Source: Gnetum montanum (lineage: Eukaryota > Plantae > Gnetophyta). From it: DNA of 64,000 nt. The position numbers and the translations under genes are program-made. The stretch spans positions 814,615-878,614 of the forward strand of contig MNCI01000690.1 in NCBI GenBank assembly GCA_015680685.1, in the 5' to 3' direction. The notes under the pieces were generated by a model. That model saw only the letters and a list, made by a program, of their open reading frames with translations. It did no database searches and was not told where the DNA came from. Of the stretch, positions 50,501 to 61,996 are shown piece after piece. Numbering within the stretch: position 1 is the stretch's first letter; each line of letters opens with the position of its first letter.

Positions 50501-51565
50501 CGCAGCATTTATGAGGACATGCGTAAATGTGCGTTACGCGCGACACGCTCCGCGTGGGAAAGCAGGAACATAAATGAGGCCCTATGGAAAAACTTGCAGC
50601 GGTCTGAGTAGAAGATAGACTCCCTGACTAAGGAAGTCGATGATCTGAAGGCGCGCTACGAGTTCCTACAGGCTCGAGTCAGTGGTGACAACGACTGGCG
50701 TACAGCTGTTATTGACCACGCCCGTTATTTGACGGCCGTCAAAAACAATGTACAAACCAGTCGAGCTCTGATAGAACAGAGGATGCAGATAGAGCTCCTC
50801 GCTCAAAAGAGCCGAGACTGGAGGGACTACTGTGCGGGTGTACAGGAGTGGGGGAAAAAAGAGAAAGACCACAAGCATGTTTATAAAAGGGAAAGCCAGG
50901 CCTACCAAAAACGCTACCGCGAGTCTGCGATCAAAGCGCGTTCGTTGGAGGTCTTTGTCGACGTCATTGGAGCGTCCGGGGCCTTCAAGAAATTTGAGGA
51001 ACAGGTGACCGTCACTACTTCCCCAGAGAGAGCAATAATCTTCCCTGGAAATCAAGCTTCGATCCCTACCTTCTATCCCGATCCTCCCTCCTGGAGTAGC
51101 GTGGAGAAGGGAAAGGTGAAGGCGGGAATGGCCTCGGGCGCAGACACATGGCAGGACTTGACCGAGGACGAAATCATGGAGCGTTTGTGGGCTGGACTAG
51201 ACAAGCTCCCCTTCGCTGCAGGAGTTGGGTCATCTCAGGTAAGCCCACGCACCACTTAGTTAGTGCGTCACCCGACATAACGCTGCTTATTCCGATATTT
51301 GCGCTATTGGTGTTCTCAGATACCAGAAGATGGAGCGCGTACGCCCGATGAGGGGTTGGAGGAAGAGGCTACGGGAATGGAAGTGGAACACGCTGAGGAA
51401 GAGCGTCCTCCTGTGGAGCCTGCGGTAGAACGAGCGTCTCGTGAAGAGGCAATCTTTCCGGAAGAAGTCTTTCCTGGAAACGAAGGCCTACTAGAGGACG
51501 ACCTTTTGGGGGTTGACCCGGAGTTAAGGGACACGGGTGACAGTGGCAACGGGGGCCACGCATAG
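47599..51565 (+). CDS. Antisense spliced accessory gene of element F: degenerate FCP1/NIF-like HAD domain, unknown central domain, coiled-coil, acidic tail (one internal TAG at 50609-50611)
   Basis: Exons 47599-47717, 47983-48432, [N gap 48521-49423]-49799, 49877-50146, 50216-50344, 50421-51238, 51320-51565. All introns are GT-AG and all five testable junctions keep the frame; TACTAAC branch point at 50194. Exon 2 reads LLVLDIMGVV..YRKGALEFLQFLLRNFSIIIWS..LRWIW..YHEYNTLFVARH..YFQNP. Confidence 0.8.
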
Positions 51566-51637
51566 TTTTGCTTACGATGAAACAAAGATGCTATAAAATT
51601 GACCATATATATTTTTTTGTCATTTTGTCGTTTTGCC

Positions 51638-51765
51638 TTAGTTTAAAGCCATTGAGGGCCGCTGCGTAAATCGACTAGTTTAAAGCTGTTGTGGGCCATT
51701 GCGTAAATACGTAAACGATGTAAGTATGCGTAATTTAACTAGTTTAAGGCCGTTGCGGGCCAATG
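51638..51765 (-). repeat. Post-protease repeats GGCCC..GGCYTTAAACTA in element F
   Basis: Three copies on the plus strand: tagtttaaagccattgagggcc / tagtttaaagctgttgtgggcc / tagtttaaggccgttgcgggcc. Confidence 0.65.
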
Positions 51766-52055
51766 CGTAAACTGTTTTGATTTGGTAAAGAGGTAAACTG
51801 CGTAAAAAATCATGCGTACACGAACATGCGTAAAATGAGATAAGCAACAGTGCAAGACGAAGCGTGAAAGACAAAAGTCAAAGAACGAAGCGTAAGAGCG
51901 CATAGATGTAAAGCACGCGGACATAAAGAAAACAAGCATAAAGCACATAGGCGCAAGTAAAGCAAACGTAAAACACACAAGCACAAGAAAAACAAGCATT
52001 CGGCAAAACACGCAAAACACGCTAACCTGTATGTACGCACGCTGTAGGGCTTCGT

Positions 52056-55000
52056 TCAGCCCTCCGTGCGCAGCTGTTTCTTAGCGGCTTTAATGTTCAC
52101 TGCTGCATATGGGCGAGGAGGTTTGCAGCCCGACTCCTCTACGATGTCATTTTGAAATGGCAGGTCAGCCCAGGCTAAGCCGTCAGTGGTGTCATTGTTT
52201 TGTTCAGGGGCTTGGGGAGAAGGCTGGTCATCAGCCGTTTCAATTTCCGAACCCCGTTCTTCCGCAATGTTACTGACAGTCCTAGGAGTGACCTCGTCGC
52301 CGCGTATGATAACCTCCCCCCCGGCATAGGGCAGGTGTATCTCCTGGTGGATGGGCGACGAGACCGCCCTCAGCTGGGCTAACCACGACCTCCCTAAGAT
52401 CAGGTTGAAGCCTGGCATCTCCTCAACGACTAGAAATGTGGCTTCTGTGGGGAACTGATTCCCCCCCACAAACTCAATACGCACCGTTCCTTTGACCTGA
52501 ACCCGTGCTCCATTGAAGGATTTTACGCAGGCCGTTGTCGTGGGAGTGATCTGGTCGACCAGACCCAACCTATCCACAATGGAATAGGGAACGACATTGG
52601 CGGCTACGCCATCATCCACATGCACCCTCCGGATGCGGTACTGGCCGACCCGAATGGTGATGAACATCGGTTCTGTCGTCACTTGACCCTTCTCCGGATC
52701 ATCTTTAACAGACTCGTCCAGAAAGGTCAACGAAGCGGGCTTGGGTTGTTCAGCGTCAGAAGGAAACATAATAGCGTGTATTGCTTCCTCTTCTGCTAGC
52801 AGGTTGGCGTCCACTGATATGGACGTCAGCATGCGTACCATAGCCTCACGATGCTTTGGAGAAGTCATGAGCAGATCGTACAAGCTCAGCGTTGTATTCT
52901 TTTGCTTGAGAGCTTGTTTGACCTGCGTGAATGCGTTGAGGAGGTCCTTTTCCCGGCAGGGTGATTTCTCCCCCTTATCCTCCTCCATCCGCCCCAAGAG
53001 ACGGATCTCCCGAGGTGGAGTGGTGTCAGGAGAAGGGTCGGTTTCACTCCTACCAAGAGAAGGGCGTTGCGTTTCTGTACCTTTACCACGCTTCTGGGGC
53101 ATAGCCATGGGTACAGAGGCCATGGGCCTAGGCTTCAGGAAGCCAAGCGTAGGGTTACGTTCAGTGCTCTCTTTCTTCTGCTTAGGAGGCGATGCTTGTT
53201 GGTGCTGTTTTGAGGTCTGCCCTTGTGTGAGAGGGGCAGCCTGTGGTCGGGGCGCCCTAATGATGAAGGGCGCCCTTGGCGTGGGCGCAGACGAAGCTGC
53301 GGCTTGAGAGGGAGCGCATGACTGAGACCATGCTTGAGAAGGCGCTCGTATGATGAACGGCGGCCGAGAGACCCCACCTGTTGCCGAAGAAGTGGTGGCC
53401 CCCCCTTGTGGGCTGGCGGGCACACGCAAAACAAACGGTTGCTTTGGTGGCCCTTTACGCTCCCCGTCCGTACTCACCACAGTGATTGTATAAGGATCGT
53501 AAATTGCGTTTAACGGATCCTTATAGACATGTAATGTCTGGTTTTCTGGGCGGGTTGGGTTACTGCTGTCTAACTTCAGATGACCTTCGTCGATCATGCG
53601 TTGAATATCGTCTTTCAACGCCCAGCAGTAATCCGTGTCGTGACCACACATCTAATGGTAGTCACAAAAGCGATCCAGCCGAAAAGATCTCGGAACTGCC
53701 GGCTCGTTAGGCAAGGCTAAGGAAGGATCCCTCGACAATTCACAGTGCCGTCTGTGACGCGTCAGGGCTTCCTCGGACACCTTCTTGGGTTGAATGTGTC
53801 CTGCTGCCAACAGCTGTTTAAGCAGTTCAGAGTGTTTCACCGGAAGAGCCGCGTATTTTGAACGGTCTTTACGCTCAAAATTCGGCTTTGGCTGGAGGGG
53901 CTGTTCAGGGGCAGCCGTGGGCTGGCTAGTGGTAGCACTGGTTGTGGGATCAGGCGGTGCTGTCGCTGAGGCCTTCTTGCTCTTGTTTTTGGTGTTCTCG
54001 GTCAACTCCGCTACAGTGGTTGTTGGTGGCTTACCTTTGTCCTTGGCCTTGCTGTGCATATTTCTGTAAGCAATGTACGCTGGGTCTTTGCTAGCTTCCG
54101 CAGCATCTTGGATGCTCCGGACCTGGGCAAAGGCCTGGCGTATGTCTCCAGGGGAAAGGTAATACAGCTTAGACTTAATAAAGTCGTTGACCGCTCCCTT
54201 GAATATGGCCAACATGTGGGAATTCGCGATCGGGTCACGAATCTCATTCAAGGTGGCATTCCAACGCTGTATGAACTTTTGGACTGGCTCGAGCGGGTCC
54301 TGTTTCACTCCCATAAGCTGCTCCAATGTGACTTCCGGCTTCACGTTGTATCGGAATCGGGTCACAAATTGGGTCAGCAGCTCTTCCAAAGTTGAAATGG
54401 AAGAGCGTGGGAGAGCTCGATACCAGTCTAAAGCCTTCCCTGTTAACGACATTGCAAAAACTTTGACGAGAGTGTGTGGCCATGATTGCAACAACAAGGA
54501 TTCGGACCTAAAGGTAGCCAAATGTGTGTTGGGATCCCCCTCCCCATCATACCTGGTAAAATGTGGGAGGGACATCCCCGGAGGTAACGACAACACGGGG
54601 ACCGTCGGGTTAATCGGATCATCTTGATAGAAATCCGTGATCTGAATGGTGTCAGATCCGGTGGTCTTGAGGCGTCGAACCTCCTCAGTAAGTGTCTGGA
54701 TAAGCTGGAACTCTTGAGCCAGACCTGGCAACGGCTGCGGCTGTGCAGCAGGCGACTGCGCGGCAGGTTGTTGTGCAGCAGGCGGAGGGATTGGATGGAT
54801 AGCCCTTGGCCACTGAGTTGCCGGGGGCAGTTGGGCAATAGCTGGTGGGGCAGGGATCCCCACAGTTTGAGGGGCCTGCGAAGACCACCACCCGCCGACC
54901 TGTGATGTGGGGTTGGCCATAGCCTGCTGCTGAGCGTAATGGTAGGTGTAACGAGGAAGCACCCGTGAAAATTGCGCCGCTGGTGCTGGCGGGGGTTGTA

Positions 55001-55619
55001 CGGTGTACGCTGGCTAGGTTTGCTGGCCTATCACTGGGTTGACCCAATGACTCGCCGCTGGGTTCTGACCAAGAGTTTGCGGCGGCACGATCGCAGCATG
55101 CTGTTGAGTTGGCGGAGGCAGGAACATCTCGGGCCTTGAAGGTGTAACATGAGTCTGTATTTAGGGAATAAAATGGGGAATGGTGGCCGTCGGTCCGGCC
55201 GCCGGCATGTTGACTGTCTGTTGTAACGGAAATGTTCCCGCGTTATACTACAGCTCCATCCCAGAGGGCTGCGCGTTTACCTGGTGCGATCCAAACGGCT
55301 GCGCGTCGGCCTGAGGGAGGCCAGGTATGTGCATCTGCATGGTCACGGCCGAGTCCATAAAAGCCGTCTCTCCGTTAAAAGGGAACAGCGGATTTGCGTA
55401 CGTCTGAGGAGACAGGGTATCGAACGAATGCTCGGACATGGCCGCGAATTCGTTTTCTGCCTCTGCTGCCTCCTCACGCTCGGGCTCTACAGGAGGCTGC
55501 GGGGCCCGACCTCTGGCCATGATCAGCTGAGAAATCAGCTCGTTTTGGTGCTCAGTCAAGTGGATTATATCATAAGCGGTGGGCTTGAAATCATAACCTC
55601 CTCGGTGGAGCACCTCGAA
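52056..55619 (-). pseudogene. gag: Gag-protease of element F, single frame with three premature stops (55248, 55161, 53652); start lies in the N gap
   Basis: PHFTRYDGEGDPNTHL..VFAMSLTGKALDWY; Zn knuckle CDYH*MCGHDTDYC; protease VHVDDGVAANV...FNLILGRSWL. The stops are consistent with CAG/CAA C-to-T changes. Confidence 0.9.
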
Positions 55620-55975
55620 NNNNNNNNNNNNNNNNNNNNNNNNNNNNNNNNNNNNNNNNNNNNNNNNNNNNNNNNNNNNNNNNNNNNNNNNNNNNNNNNN
55701 NNNNNNNNNNNNNNNNNNNNNNNNNNNNNNNNNNNNNNNNNNNNNNNNNNNNNNNNNNNNNNNNNNNNNNNNNNNNNNNNNNNNNNNNNNNNNNNNNNNN
55801 NNNNNNNNNNNNNNNNNNNNNNNNNNNNNNNNNNNNNNNNNNNNNNNNNNNNNNNNNNNNNNNNNNNNNNNNNNNNNNNNNNNNNNNNNNNNNNNNNNNN
55901 NNNNNNNNNNNNNNNNNNNNNNNNNNNNNNNNNNNNNNNNNNNNNNNNNNNNNNNNNNNNNNNNNNNNNNNNNNN

Positions 55976-57586
55976 GTCCCCTGTATGTTTGTCAGTCGGA
56001 GTATTTATAGACCACGACACGCGCAACCCTGATGATGTGGGCCCGAATGTCGCGGATCCTGTTGGCGCGATTCTTTTAAGTCGAACTGCGACTATGCACA
56101 ACATGCTCATCGAACTGCGACTACGCACAACACGCTTGTTTGCGTGCTGTGCGTGTAAAGAGCGGGCCCATGGGCGTGTGTCGGCTGTGTTTGCGCTCAT
56201 TCGCTTTGTGTTGCGTGTATGAACGTACTGACGTCAAAATGATAAGTTCAAGATTGTGTGCGTGGCAAAGCGTAAATGTAACATACGCTCACTACGCAGC
56301 CATGCGTGGTGAAGCGTAAACCCAGTTTTAACTTACTCTTACCACGCAGCGGCGCGTGGTGGAGCGTAAGGAGCGTGCAACTTTGAATCATGACCCACGC
56401 ACTGGTACGCACCGCTGCGTAACGAGCGTAAAGGCCACTTATGTTNNNNNNNNNNNNNNNNNNNNNNNNNNNNNNNNNNNNNNNNNNNNNNNNNNNNNNN
56501 NNNNNNNNNNNNNNNNNNNNNNNNNNNNNNNNNNNNNNNNNNNNNNNNNNNNNNNNNNNNNNNNNNNNNNNNNNNNNNNNNNNNNNNNNNNNNNNNNNNN
56601 NNNNNNNNNNNNNNNNNNNNNNNNNNNNNNNNNNNNNNNNNNNNNNNNNNNNNNNNNNNNNNNNNNNNNNNNNNNNNNNNNNNNNNNNNNNNNNNNNNNN
56701 NNNNNNNNNNNNNNNNNNNNNNNNNNNNNNNNNNNNNNNNNNNNNNNNNNNNNNNNNNNNNNNNNNNNNNNNNNNNNNNNNNNNNNNNNNNNNNNNNNNN
56801 NNNNNNNNNNNNNNNNNNNNNNNNNNNNNNNNNNNNNNNNNNNNNNNNNNNNNNNNNNNNNNNNNNNNNNNNNNNNNNNNNNNNNNNNNNNNNNNNNNNN
56901 NNNNNNNNNNNNNNNNNNNNNNNNNNNNNNNNNNNNNNNNNNNNNNNNNNNNNNNNNNNNNNNNNNNNNNNNNNNNNNNNNNNNNNNNNNNNNNNNNNNN
57001 NNNNNNNNNNNNNNNNNNNNNNNNNNNNNNNNNNNNNNNNNNNNNNNNNNNNNNNNNNNNNNNNNNNNNNNNNNNNNNNNNNNNNNNNNNNNNNNNNNNN
57101 NNNNNNNNNNNNNNNNNNNNNNNNNNNNNNNNNNNNNNNNNNNNNNNNNNNNNNNNNNNNNNNNNNNNNNNNNNNNNNNNNNNNNNNNNNNNNNNNNNNN
57201 NNNNNNNNNNNNNNNNNNNNNNNNNNNNNNNNNNNNNNNNNNNNNNNNNNNNNNNNNNNNNNNNNNNNNNNNNNNNNNNNNNNNNNNNNNNNNNNNNNNN
57301 NTTACGCTCATCACGCTGCCGTGCGTGATAGAGCATAAACTTGTCCTTAGCCAAATTCGCCTTTGGCTGTCTCGGAGCTTATTACGCTCATCACGCTGCC
57401 GTGCGTGATAGAGCGTAAACTCGTCCTTAGCCAAATTCGTCATTAGCTGTCTTGGAGCCTGTTACGCTCATCACGCTGCCGTGCGTGATAGTGCGTAAAC
57501 TTGTCCTTAGCCAAATTCGAGGTGCGTTCTTTGCTTAAATTACGAATCTTCGCCTGAGGCCGACCCGTAATTTTCACGGTGTTTCA
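55976..57586 (-). repeat. 5' LTR of element F (partly in N gaps)
   Basis: 55978-56445 matches 42051-42518 and 57302-57586 matches 42590-42874. Confidence 0.92.
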
Positions 57587-60124
57587 ACATGTTTAGACAT
57601 GGTTTTCCTAAGGGGAATAGCTTCTACCGATTTCATGAAATATTTGATTGCAGTGATGATGAAGCTATGTCCTGCTGAAGATGGTGGTGTTATCAGCCCA
57701 ATGATGTATAATCCCCATTTTTGGAATGGCCATGTGATTTGTGCAGTATGCAACTCATTAAGCAGTACGTGTATTAGGTTACCGTACCTTTGGAAAATGT
57801 TACATTTCCTAACCCTGGAGAAGCAATTGTACTCCATGTGTGACCTGTAATAGCCCAAACGTCTAATTTTCATTGCCATTACTTTGGGTGCTATATGCCC
57901 TCTGCAGAGTCCTTCGTGAACCTGTTCCACGATTGTTTGGCCGTCAATGCTACTAATGCACATCAACAGGATGCCTTCATAGGATCTGTGACACAATGTG
58001 TCTCCTATTAATGCATATTGTCAAGAGCATTTTTGCACTACATCTTTTTGGGCATTTGTCAAATGTTGTGGCAGTTCGCCTTGTTGAAGGTACTCTCTTA
58101 TGTCATCATACCATTCTATTACTTGTGTAGTGCTAACAGACGCTATAGGTATTTCTTCAAGAGTGTCAATTATAGGTTTGGCACAATTTTTTATAGAATT
58201 AGGCAACACATGGAACATCTCAGGTGTCATGTTCAAGGCTAGTGTAGCAAGTGCATCGGCAATGGTATTCTCATTCCTAGGAATATGTTGCACATCTACA
58301 TTGATCAATTGTTTTAGCAAGTGTTTAGTCAGGTCACAATATGGTTGTAAGTGAGAAGCTTTGCATGCGTAGACCTTTGTGACTTGATTGATTACTAACT
58401 GTGAGTCACCTTCAACTACAAGACGTGTGATTCCCGAAGTTAGTGCTACTATAAGACCTCTAAGAAGACCTTCGTACTCTGCCATGTTGTTGGTACAAGG
58501 GAAGTTTAGTTGATAGGAAAAGGGCCAAATTTCTCCAGAGGGATACGTTATGACATCTGTAGCACTTCCTTCTCGGGAGGTGGATGCTCCATTGAAGTAC
58601 AGGATTGCATTGCAGTTATCAGGCACTGTGTCTATGCTGTTAATATTCTCATCAGGGAATTCGGGGTTGATTGTCGCTTGATCTTGTGTCGGTGATGCGG
58701 TCAACCTCTCCACGTCATTGTATCATTATTCATAGGCAATTAAGGCATGGCTTAAATAGTATACGGGGATCTCAATTCCATCTTCTCATTTTTGACAAAG
58801 CATAGAGAGGTAGATGTAAAAAGGTTTATTGCTTTGCAGGGGATGAACTATTGGCAATTGAGCCAACTCCATTTTTATGTTTTCAAATGCTTCTTGACAC
58901 TATTGAGTCCATTGAAAATGGACATTCTATCATAGTAAATGCTGCATGGGTTCCACTTGTCCGTCAATTTTGCAATAAAATGTCTAATGAATTGTAGTAT
59001 ACCTTGCAGGCCACGTAGCTCAGTAAGGTTCTTAGGTAGTTGCATGCTAGTTATTACTTTAATCTTATCAGGGTCTACTCGTATCCATGTTTCTGAGACT
59101 ACGAATCCAAGAATTTTTCCTGTTTTAACCCCAAAGATGTATTTCTTTGGGTTAATTCTAAGGTCGTATTTGAGACAACGTTTGAGTACCAAGTCTAGGT
59201 CTTTTGCATGTTGCTTGGTTGTTTTGGACTTGACTGCGATGTCATCTACATAATCGTTGAGCAAATCAAGCATATAATCATTAAATATATATGTCATTGC
59301 TCATTGATATGTAGCACCTACGTTTTTGAGACCAAATGGCATTATCATATAACAGAACATGCCCCAAGGTGTCATAAAGGTTGTCCTGAGTTGGTGTTCT
59401 GGGTTGATCCTTATTTGGTTGTATTCTGAGAATCCATCCATAAAGGATAACAATGCATGCCTAGCAGTTGAGTCAATGAGTTGATTGATACTAGGTAGTG
59501 GGAAGTCATCTTTTATAGTGGCTATGTTGAGGTCATAGAAGTCAATGCATATGCGAATGTTGTCGTTCTTCTTGGGGACCACCATAATGTTGGATACCCA
59601 ATCGGCATAGTCAACAGCTCAGATGAAACTAGCTTGGTAGAGCTTCGTGATTTCATTATGAACTTCCAACACCACCTTAGGTTTAATCTTTCATGCTTTT
59701 TACTTTACTGGTCTAAGTTTTTCATCGAGGATGATGTTATGCTGGATGATTCGAGGGTCCAGTCTTGGCATATCGATATATGACCAAGCGAATGTTTTGA
59801 TGTTCTTCTTCAGCACTTGTGTAATTTCATTGCCAAGTTGTGGATTTAGTTGAGTACTCAATTTTAATTTTTTAACTTCACCACTAGACATAGCGATGGG
59901 GACTTCAACGAGGGGATCTTCAATGATGTTGTCAGCTTCTAAGTCCAAAGTTTTAGTCATACCCTTGGGGCAGTCTAATGTTTCTTGAGTGGATGCTACG
60001 AAATTCACATAAGTAGATGAGTCTAGATCTAAGGATTCTAGATTAATCGCTCTTTTTATGGCCCTGTGAGGTCCATTGATAGACAATGTTGAAAAGAGGT
60101 TCTTGCTGTCCATATGCTTGTTCC
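57587..60124 (-). pseudogene. pol: Pol pseudogene of element E (RT, partly deleted RH, aRH, integrase N-terminus)
   Basis: RICIDFYDLN, MPFGLKNVGATYQ, DYVDDIAVKS, LYFNGAS..CTNNMAEYEGLL, VHEGLCRGH. Stops and an internal deletion in RH near 58710. Confidence 0.9.
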
Positions 60125-61996
60125 TGCCAATTTAAACCGGGAGCACCATGAGCGAGATTTTCTTGACGAACGAGTTGCTAAATGTAAACTAGCTTCGTGT
60201 AATTTATGTTTTGATGAAATTGTGGAACTTAGGGGTAGTTTAATGTCATACCAGGACCGCATGGTAGTTTTAGGCCTTACCGGGCCACTGGTATTCATTT
60301 TTTGTGTGAACAATAATGTTGTGGATTTTTATGGTTACACGAATTTTTGGTCTTTTTGTTTTGTTTTATTCTGATGCCTAGGTGAAATTAACCAGAGAAT
60401 GCAAGAATGAGAAATAAAGATAAAAAATAAAGTAGAAAAAGCATAAAATAAAGCAGATACATTGGACAGAGGGTTTTAAAAGGGTAAGAAAAACAGAAGC
60501 GATTTAAAAGGTGCAAAACATGAGTTATTTTAGCAAGCGTTAGTGCATGAGTGGTGAGCGTGACCAGAGAATGCGACATTAGTATACAGTGCAGCGTGAG
60601 CTACAAGATTGGTAGCGTGAGCAACAGGAAGTGTAGGGTAGTGTGAGTTACGAGGCATGTGTAGCGTAGTGTGAGTTATAGGGCGGGGTGTGCAACGTGA
60701 GCAGCAGGAATTCAGGGCAACGTAAGCAGGATGAAGGGAAAGGGAGGGCAAGAATGAGGCAAAGGGAAGAAGCAAGCAAGCTTGGCGTTCATGGTAGAGA
60801 GTCAAGAACTACTCCAATGCCTTCCTTAACCTGGGATTTCTTCATGGGCGGGGACCCCGCGTAGGTACGTTTTCATTCTTATCATTTTATTGTAGCGTGA
60901 ATATCTAGCGTGAGCCATTAGGGCTACTTTTTTTTTTTTTACATTTTTGGCTCCTACTGCATTAGATTTAGGGTTGTTTCCTATTGCTTTTTTTGGTTCC
61001 TACCGTGAGCATTCTAGGGCATGAGTGTTTAAAATTATTCTTGAAATTTTTCCAAGGCGTGAACATTTCCAGGGTAGGATTTGTTTTTGATGATGAGGCA
61101 GATCGTTTTATTAATTAAATATCTCTGGTTTTGCCCTTGTGGCACCCTGGGCAAGCTGCAGCGTGGGTTTCAGGGTTGTAGGGCATGTGTCAACCCTCGA
61201 CGTGAGTTGTGATCCCAAACTTCCTTGGGATGCAATCTTTCCAAGCAGGGCCATTCGTAGCATGAGCTAGAGACAGGGCTATCCCAGGGGTGTTCCCAGC
61301 ATGAGAGGCAAGGGCGTGAGTGATGATGGCATGAGCATGGGTGTAGGGGTTGAGAGGGTGCCATTTTTTTTTGAGTAGGGGGAACAGGGCGTGAGCACCC
61401 CAGGAAAATCAATTTTTTTCGATTTGCGTGAGCACCCCAAGAAAATTGATTTTTGCTGATTTTTTCCTAGGTGTGAGCAACCCAGGAAAAGTTGATTTTT
61501 GTGTCTAGAGGAAAACTGCGATTTTTTTATCTGGAGCTACTTCTACAACATGAGTTGTGCCATTTCATGATTTACAATGTGAGCCATGTTTGTGGGTTGC
61601 AGTGTGAGCTGCATTGTGAATGTGTTCCTTGTCACTTTCACTACAACGTGCACCACAATGTGAATTCCTTGGGAACTAGCACGTGAGTAAATTATTTGTT
61701 TGGTGTTACTAGTTATTGTACCCTTTTGTTTTTATTTTCTTGGGTTAGACAGTAAATGTACATGTTTTGCATTTGTACTTGTTTGTTGGTTTACCATGAA
61801 ATAAATTTTTAAATGTACCCCAGCGAGCGTTAAATTCATCAAATAAACATTAATGCCCTTGCCTCATGGGGTGAGCTTGTGTGTGTTGAATATTATTTAC
61901 TTGTTGAGTTTATTTATTTGCATTATCTTATTTTGTTTTTAATTTTTATGTTTTATATGTTTTAAATTACTTACCTAAGGTTCTTGCTCTATGCAG

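Larger units (their letters stand above)
41333..57586 (-). mobile_element. Element F: young full-length Tat-type Ty3/gypsy element, TSD ACATG
   Basis: ACATG at 41328-41332 and 57587-57591. LTRs are about 98% identical by eye over the sequenced parts. PPT ~42879-42887, long open pol, gag-PR with few stops, CpG-rich. Confidence 0.95.

Noticed and set aside
47599-51565. Ordinary host gene interrupted by transposons
   Set aside because: It lies wholly between the LTRs of TSD-flanked element F, and homologues occupy the same position in D, E and C.
53652-53654. Programmed stop-codon readthrough between gag and protease
   Set aside because: The TAG falls inside the Zn knuckle where other copies encode Gln (HQL), so it is best explained as a C-to-T mutation.
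43667-57443. Long ORFs of the track that are mostly X (e.g. 43667-44542, 48463-49647, 55284-56222, 56248-57354)
   Set aside because: Artefacts of N gaps lacking stop codons.
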